From positions 1 through 14,097 of IMG/VR virus record IMGVR_UViG_2531839662_000021: DNA of 14,097 nucleotides; one strand, written 5' to 3'. The DNA is from a virus (taxonomy: Duplodnaviria > Heunggongvirae > Uroviricota > Caudoviricetes). A program made the translations under genes and the position numbers. Within the stretch, counting starts at the first letter, position 1; every line of letters begins with the position of its first letter. Below the pieces are notes generated by a model. That model made no database searches and was not told the origin of the DNA. It saw nothing but the letters and a program-made list of their open reading frames with translations. Below are positions 9,083-14,097 of the stretch, one piece after another.

Positions 9083-9651
9083 CGGAATGGCTGACCGCAC
9101 TGCAACAGGTCATGCCACGGGGTAAGGCATGGCCGCGTGATAACGACGCGGATTTAAACCGTTTTTTAAGGGCGCTTGCAGAGCGTTTAACCCGCGTTGA
9201 ATACGACGCCTCGCGTCTGCATGTGGAGATGCGACCGGAAACCACGCTCCAGTTGCTGCCGGAGTGGGAGCAATATCTGGCGCTGCCGGAATGCGGAATT
9301 GCCGCCACCACAACGGAAGCCCGCCGCCGGGCCGTGGTGGAGAAATACCGCCGCAAAGGCGGGCTGGCCACCTGGCAGATTGAAGCCGCTGCGGCGGCGC
9401 TGGGATTCACTATTAAGGTGACGGCCGTTCTGCCGCACCACTGCCTGCGTGACTGCATGTACCCGCTACATCCGGCGCGGTATCGCTGGCTGCTGAAAGT
9501 GGAAGTCCCGGACAAAGATGCCGGGCGGTTTACCTGTATTGATGACGTCATGACGCCATTAATCAGCGAACGGACCCGCGAGCTGGAATGCCTGCTGAAG
9601 CATTACCGGCTGGCGGGCACGGAATATGAATATTATTACACCGGAGAATAA
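9067..9651 (+). CDS. tail/baseplate protein Mu gp48-like (P2 gpI-like)
   Basis: 194-aa ORF overlapping the upstream gene by 16 nt, immediately preceding the tail fibre gene as in Mu. Confidence 0.65.
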   Translation: MAHSVTEWLTALQQVMPRGKAWPRDNDADLNRFLRALAERLTRVEYDASRLHVEMRPETTLQLLPEWEQYLALPECGIAATTTEARRRAVVEKYRRKGGLATWQIEAAAAALGFTIKVTAVLPHHCLRDCMYPLHPARYRWLLKVEVPDKDAGRFTCIDDVMTPLISERTRELECLLKHYRLAGTEYEYYYTGE

Positions 9652-9654
9652 TTT

Positions 9655-10542
9655 ATGTTTCATGTGGATAATCCGACGGGTGTGCCAGTGATGCCACCTG
9701 TCGCGGCTGAATTAAGCAAAACAACGCTTTATTTCACCGAAGGCGGGAACGGTATTCCGCCCACTTATCCGGGGCCGGACTGGTTTAATATTATTCAGTC
9801 TGAATTACTGAAAATTCTCGAAGAAGCCGGAATAACACCGGATAAAGCAGATACCGGTCAGATAATGGCAGCGCTGAAAAAACTGTTTATTACGAACAGT
9901 GGTTCAGCTGGTGCCATTGCCGGATTAACCGGTCAGAATAATACGTTCCCGTACTTTACGGGCGAAGACACAATGGCATTAACGCCGCTCAGTGCTTTTG
10001 TGCGCGGTATTCTCGGGAAAAACACAGCCGGTGAAATTATCGACGCGCTTTTATTACGTGACACGGTAAATAAAGCTAATAGTGCTGTACCGAATACCCG
10101 CAGGGTCAACGGCATGGCTCTGTCTTCGGATATCACCATCAGCAACATCAGCGGCAACGCCGGAACGGCAACCCGACTTCAGACGGCCCGCAGGATTAAC
10201 AATGTGCTGTTTGATGGCAGCCGCGATATCACGATTTCTGCGGGAATGTCACAAACTGAAGGTGACAACCGTTACCAGCAAAAAAACACGGCGTCAAAAG
10301 CCGGTAATGGCTGGTTTAAGGACACGTCCACCGGGGTGATTATTCAGTGGGGGTATCTCGGCAATGCCAGTGCCGGGCTGACGTTTCCGATATCATTTCC
10401 GTCAGCATGTACCAGCATCACTATTACCAACGCATACACCCGTGCTGATTACTCTATTTCCCTGAAATCGTTATCAGCAGCAGGTGCGACATTCAACAGC
10501 GAGAATAACGGCGTTATGTACTGGACAGCGATAGGGTATTAA
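9655..10542 (+). CDS. tail fibre protein (Mu S-like), module 1
   Basis: 295-aa ORF with GGAGAA RBS; directly follows the baseplate genes and is followed by an overlapping tail fibre assembly gene; more AT-rich than the upstream structural genes. Confidence 0.75.
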   Translation: MFHVDNPTGVPVMPPVAAELSKTTLYFTEGGNGIPPTYPGPDWFNIIQSELLKILEEAGITPDKADTGQIMAALKKLFITNSGSAGAIAGLTGQNNTFPYFTGEDTMALTPLSAFVRGILGKNTAGEIIDALLLRDTVNKANSAVPNTRRVNGMALSSDITISNISGNAGTATRLQTARRINNVLFDGSRDITISAGMSQTEGDNRYQQKNTASKAGNGWFKDTSTGVIIQWGYLGNASAGLTFPISFPSACTSITITNAYTRADYSISLKSLSAAGATFNSENNGVMYWTAIGY

Positions 10543-10982
10543 TGATGACTATTTATTTCAGCCCATCAACAAACGGTTTTTATCATTCTGGCCTTCAGGG
10601 TGATTATGAAAATGCGGGAACGTGGCCGAATGATTTACAGGAAATCACGGATGAAGAATATCAGAGACTGTTACAGGGCCAGACTGACGGTTTTATTATT
10701 GTATCTGGCGAAAACGGATATCCGGTATTAAAAGAACCCGTAATTAACTGGCAGCAGAAAGCGGAAACGCAACGCCAGCACCTGCTGGCTGAAGCAAGGG
10801 AAATCACCTCCGACTGGAAAACCGAGCTGGAGCTGGGCACCATCAGCGACGATGATAAAGCCCGTCTTACGCAGTGGATGGCATATATCAAAGCGGTAAA
10901 GGCACTGGATTTAAGCACCGTTACTGACGAAGACTCCTTTTATTCCATCAACTGGCCGGAGCGTCCCGATGCCGCAGCTTAA
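10542..10982 (+). CDS. tail fibre assembly chaperone (Mu U-like / Tfa), module 1
   Basis: 146-aa ORF with TAATG overlap to the fibre gene; size and position typical of Tfa/U chaperones. Confidence 0.7.
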   Translation: MMTIYFSPSTNGFYHSGLQGDYENAGTWPNDLQEITDEEYQRLLQGQTDGFIIVSGENGYPVLKEPVINWQQKAETQRQHLLAEAREITSDWKTELELGTISDDDKARLTQWMAYIKAVKALDLSTVTDEDSFYSINWPERPDAAA

Positions 10983-12576
10983 AGGTGTGATTAAAACGCC
11001 CACGGGAGAACCGCTGGGCGGCGCAACCATTACATTGACCTCCCTGCACAACCGCGCAGGGATTCTGAAAAGTGTTTTCAGCCATGTCACCACACAGAAC
11101 GGGGAATATGACTTCCCCGTTCTGCCGGGTGTGTACAGCGTTCGCCTGACACAAAGCACACAGCGCCTTTCAGAAATCGGTGTCATCCGCGTTTATGAAG
11201 ATTCAGCGGACGGTTCGTTGAATGATTTTCTGGGTGCAACCGATATTGACCTGCGCCCGGAAGCCCTGAAGAAATTCGAAGAGCTGGCGCAACAGGCGCA
11301 GCAAAGCGCAGAAGCCGCAGCGGAAAGCGAGCGACAGGCCGGGCAACATGTCGCTGATGCGCAGAAGATAAAGAAAGACTGTCAGACGCTGGCGGATAAC
11401 GTACAGCAGAACGCAGAAGCCGTAGCGGCCAGCAAACAGCACGTTGAACAGCTGGCCTCAGAAGTTGAGCTGAACGCCGGGCAGGTGCAGCAGGGCGTGC
11501 AGAATGTTACTGATGCGGTAAAAAAGGCGCAGCAGGCAGCAAAGGATTCTGCTGACAGTGCCACAGATTCGAAAAACAGTGCTGACAATGCGGCACTGAG
11601 CGAACAGAACGCACAAAAACACGCGCAGAAAGCTGAACAACACGAGCAGCAGACTAAACAATATGCGCAGGATGCAGCGACCGCCGCAGAATCAGCAGAG
11701 AACGCCAAAGGCGAAATTGACGAAATTCTGGAAGGTGGCTATCTCAAGATAAAAAACAACTTTCAGGAAATTGTTGATGCTGGCCCGTCAGCACTGGCTC
11801 AGGCCCAATGGAATTTACAGATTTCCGGGGTGAAAAATAAACAGGTAATTGCCACCCCTTATACATGGCCATCCAGAACTGAGTATGAACAAAGGGTGCA
11901 TCTGCCACTCGCCGGGGCTTACGGATTTGGCTACACATTTGAAGACCAAAGCCAGGGGCGAATAAATTTTAATGAGGGCTATACGGCGTCGTGGTGGTCA
12001 CAGTGGGCGAAACCTGGTCGTTATTACGTCAGCGCCAGTGATAAAGAATACCTCGCACCTGAAGGAGAAAGGTGGGGGATTGTTGATTTGCTGTGGCTTA
12101 ATGGCAGCGGATATAACGATGCTTCGAAGGTTCTGAAGATACTGGCTTTTTACGACTCAGACGGGCACTTACACATAGGCAAGCGCGTTGGTCAGAGCGA
12201 CTGGTCAATAAGCTGGCGCAAGCTGGCATCGCTCTCTGATGTCAGGGCCATGCTGTATTCATATATTTATAATAATTACAACAGAGAATGGCGAGACCCG
12301 GAACTGGGAGGTTTAATTCTGGCGTCATACCAGGGAACCGCAGACGGCGACACAAATATAAAAGTATCCCGTGGTCAGACTTATCCCGGCTCGCGACTCG
12401 CTCCTGTGGCGATAGAATGCCAGTTCACCCCATCCGGCACGTATGCTGCAACACCGCGATTCTACATTACCGGCTGCAAGAGCAAATCACTCCCCGGAAC
12501 TTATATTTCATTGTCTGGCGCGCCAACAACATACAGCGACCAGGCATTTGTTGCGCTATTCATGAGGATTGTATGA
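10969..12576 (+). CDS. second tail fibre protein with distinct N-terminal domain, long Ala/Gln-rich coiled-coil stalk and C-terminal receptor-binding region
   Basis: 535-aa ORF; N-terminus (MPQLKGVIKTPTGEPLGGATITLTS...) resembles prophage tail-fibre N-terminal domains; residues about 100-250 are strongly Ala/Gln/Glu/Lys-rich; followed by its own Tfa gene. Confidence 0.75.
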   Translation: MPQLKGVIKTPTGEPLGGATITLTSLHNRAGILKSVFSHVTTQNGEYDFPVLPGVYSVRLTQSTQRLSEIGVIRVYEDSADGSLNDFLGATDIDLRPEALKKFEELAQQAQQSAEAAAESERQAGQHVADAQKIKKDCQTLADNVQQNAEAVAASKQHVEQLASEVELNAGQVQQGVQNVTDAVKKAQQAAKDSADSATDSKNSADNAALSEQNAQKHAQKAEQHEQQTKQYAQDAATAAESAENAKGEIDEILEGGYLKIKNNFQEIVDAGPSALAQAQWNLQISGVKNKQVIATPYTWPSRTEYEQRVHLPLAGAYGFGYTFEDQSQGRINFNEGYTASWWSQWAKPGRYYVSASDKEYLAPEGERWGIVDLLWLNGSGYNDASKVLKILAFYDSDGHLHIGKRVGQSDWSISWRKLASLSDVRAMLYSYIYNNYNREWRDPELGGLILASYQGTADGDTNIKVSRGQTYPGSRLAPVAIECQFTPSGTYAATPRFYITGCKSKSLPGTYISLSGAPTTYSDQAFVALFMRIV

Positions 12577-13142
12577 TGCAGATTAAAGAAATCACCAGCC
12601 CCCGTTATACCGAATCCGGTGCGATTGACTGCGACGTTCTGTTTGAGGAAATGGAAGCCCCTGTTCCCTACACTGCCACGCCGGACGATACAGCGAAAAC
12701 CGGTCAGCAAATCTGGCAGGAACTGCAAAGCGGAAAATGGGGTGAAATAACCCCGTTTGCCGTCACGCCGGAACTTATCGCAGCGGCGAAGGATGCCAAA
12801 AAACGGGAGATTGAGGCATGGCGCACAGAACAGGAGGCGCAGCCATTCACGTTCGAATGGAACGGTCGTACCTGGAATGCTGGTCCCGATTCGATGGCTC
12901 GCATTGCGCCCGTGGCAATGGCCGCAAAAGTGGCAGGTGCACGGGCAACGCTGGGGTGGGGGGATGCAGCAAACAGCCTTGTCACCATGACAATGGCGCA
13001 GCTTCAGGAGCTGGCAGCAACAATGGCGCAGGCGCAAACCGAGCGCAATACTGTGATTTATCGTCGTCAGCGTGAGATGAAAGAGCAGCTTTCCCTGTTG
13101 ACCACACTGAACGAAATAAGAGCATTCACACCCGGCGATTAA
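12573..13142 (+). CDS. tail fibre assembly chaperone (Tfa), module 2
   Basis: 189-aa ORF starting at ATGATG with GAGG RBS and ATGA overlap with the fibre stop. The longer ORF from 12288 in the track is a junk-like upstream extension. Confidence 0.7.
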   Translation: MMQIKEITSPRYTESGAIDCDVLFEEMEAPVPYTATPDDTAKTGQQIWQELQSGKWGEITPFAVTPELIAAAKDAKKREIEAWRTEQEAQPFTFEWNGRTWNAGPDSMARIAPVAMAAKVAGARATLGWGDAANSLVTMTMAQLQELAATMAQAQTERNTVIYRRQREMKEQLSLLTTLNEIRAFTPGD

Positions 13143-13265
13143 ATAATCATTTTGTATAGTTTATGACGATCGATAACATCATATCGATCGTCGGTTTGCA
13201 TCATATGTGATTAAATACCCCCAGCCCTCCGGGCGGTCATGTCTGGTTATTACACAGGGGGAATC
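13143..13265 (+). promoter_or_regulatory. mom-operon control region (Pmom-like): perfect 11-bp inverted repeat carrying two GATC Dam sites, G+C-rich element, com RBS
   Basis: GACGATCGATA (13165-13175) and TATCGATCGTC (13182-13192) are exact reverse complements separated by 6 bp; GATC at 13168-13171 and 13186-13189. Downstream ATACCCCCAGCCCTCCGGGCGG and AGGGGG RBS precede the com ATG. In Mu, Pmom is controlled by Dam methylation of upstream GATC sites and by the C activator. Confidence 0.55.
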
Positions 13266-13451
13266 ATGGACTCTGTTCGCTGTAAAAACTGCAATAAATT
13301 ACTGTTTAAAGGAGGTTTTAAGCATATAGAAATTAAATGCCCTCGCTGTAAACGTTACATTGTCATATCGAATGCCAAAGAGCATCCCACGGAGCTGTAT
13401 TGTGGGAAAAGAGAAGAAATCACGCATTCTGACAAAACCCTGCGTTATTGA
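13266..13451 (+). CDS. com: Com, zinc-finger translational activator of mom
   Basis: 61-aa product [33 protein letters not shown]...HSDKTLRY with CxxC...CxxC zinc-finger spacing, closely resembling Mu Com as I remember it; AGGGGG RBS 6 nt upstream of ATG; 3' end overlaps mom. Confidence 0.85.
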   Translation: MDSVRCKNCNKLLFKGGFKHIEIKCPRCKRYIVISNAKEHPTELYCGKREEITHSDKTLRY

Positions 13452-14097
13452 GTATGAAGGTCGTATTGTCGGCTATGGTTCAAAGGAGCTACGTGTTGAA
13501 ACCATATCCTGCTGGCTGGCCCGCACAATCATTCAGACAAAACACTATTCCCGCCGTTTTGTGAATAACTCCTACCTGCATCTTGGCGTATTCAGCGGAC
13601 GTGATCTGGTTGGCGTTCTTCAGTGGGGATATGCCCTTAACCCCAACTCAGGGCGTCGGGTCGTGCTTGAAACGGATAACCGGGGCTATATGGAACTGAA
13701 CCGCATGTGGCTACACGACGACATGCCCCGCAACTCTGAATCACGGGCTATCAGCTACGCGCTGAAAGTTATCAGGTTACTGTATCCGTCAGTTGAGTGG
13801 GTTCAGTCTTTTGCAGACGAACGCTGCGGACGTGCTGGCGTGGTATATCAGGCGTCGAATTTTGATTTTATTGGTAGCCATGAAAGCACGTTCTACGAGC
13901 TGGACGGCGAGTGGTATCACGAGATAGCGATGAACGCGATTAAGCGCGGAGGGCAACGAGGCGAGTATTTGCGGGCTAATAAGGAGCGGGCCGTGGTACA
14001 CAAATTTAATCAGTATCGCTACATCAGGTTCCTGAACAAGCGCGCAAAAAAGCGCCTAAACACCAAGCTATTCAGGATTCAGCCATACCCGAAGTGA
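13402..14097 (+). CDS. mom: Mom DNA modification protein (adenine modification, anti-restriction)
   Basis: ORF in a different frame overlapping the com 3' end and running to the window end (stop 14095-14097). GTG at 13402 is preceded by GGAG (13391-13394) and gives 231 aa, the length I recall for Mu Mom. An in-frame ATG at 13372 (241 aa) is an alternative start. Confidence 0.8.
   Translation: MGKEKKSRILTKPCVIEYEGRIVGYGSKELRVETISCWLARTIIQTKHYSRRFVNNSYLHLGVFSGRDLVGVLQWGYALNPNSGRRVVLETDNRGYMELNRMWLHDDMPRNSESRAISYALKVIRLLYPSVEWVQSFADERCGRAGVVYQASNFDFIGSHESTFYELDGEWYHEIAMNAIKRGGQRGEYLRANKERAVVHKFNQYRYIRFLNKRAKKRLNTKLFRIQPYPK

Noticed and set aside
8462-9100. 212-aa minus-strand ORF inside the baseplate J-like gene
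   Set aside because: Antisense shadow ORF; overlaps two tightly coupled + strand genes.
11382-11708. 108-aa minus-strand ORF that is Cys/Ala/Ser/Phe-rich
   Set aside because: It is the reverse complement of the Ala/Gln-rich coiled-coil coding region of fibre 2 (GCx and CAG repeats read antisense); not a real cysteine-rich peptide gene.
12288-12572. Upstream extension of the Tfa2 ORF in the six-frame track (start at 12288)
   Set aside because: The extension is Arg-rich, overlaps the fibre 2 C-terminus, and lacks an RBS; the ATG at 12573 has a GAGG RBS and classic ATGA coupling with the fibre stop.
9655-13142. Mu-style invertible G segment with gin
   Set aside because: I looked for a minus-strand fibre/chaperone pair and an invertase-like ORF; both fibre modules are on the + strand and no recombinase-like ORF is present in the window.
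13165-13199. The GATC palindrome as a rho-independent terminator for the fibre operon
   Set aside because: The stem is followed only by GGTTTGC (three T), so it makes a weak intrinsic terminator; a regulatory operator is favoured, though a dual role cannot be excluded.
13239-13265. Alternative upstream ATG for com at 13239
   Set aside because: The Com-like sequence begins at the ATG at 13266, which has an AGGGGG RBS; the 13239 extension (MSGYYTGGI) would place the RBS inside coding sequence.
1-14097. tRNA, rRNA, CRISPR arrays, IS elements or integrase
   Set aside because: No repeat-spacer arrays, no cloverleaf-like or rRNA-like sequence, and no transposase or integrase-like ORFs were seen; the window is fully accounted for by the phage late operon and com-mom.

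Overview
The window is a contiguous late-gene block of a Mu-like (Myoviridae-type) prophage or phage, entirely on the + strand and tightly packed with overlapping start/stop codons. Order: 3' end of a gp37/K-like gene, small gp38-like gene, tail sheath (L-like, apparently frameshifted), tail tube (M-like), tail assembly chaperone with an overlapping frameshift extension, tape measure, gp43/P-like 'DNA circulation' protein, baseplate hub (gp44), spike (gp45), gp46 wedge protein, baseplate J-like (gp47), gp48, then two consecutive tail-fibre plus fibre-chaperone modules in the same orientation, and finally a com-mom DNA-modification operon with its upstream regulatory region. No gin invertase or inverted G-segment copy is present, and no tRNA, rRNA, CRISPR array or IS element was seen. 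All functional names rest on my recognition of the translated ORFs and on Mu-like synteny; no database search was run. The points most worth a second look are the tandem, non-invertible dual fibre modules, the frameshifted sheath gene, the G-run frameshift site in the chaperone, and the com-mom control region (GATC palindrome plus a hairpin over the mom start).
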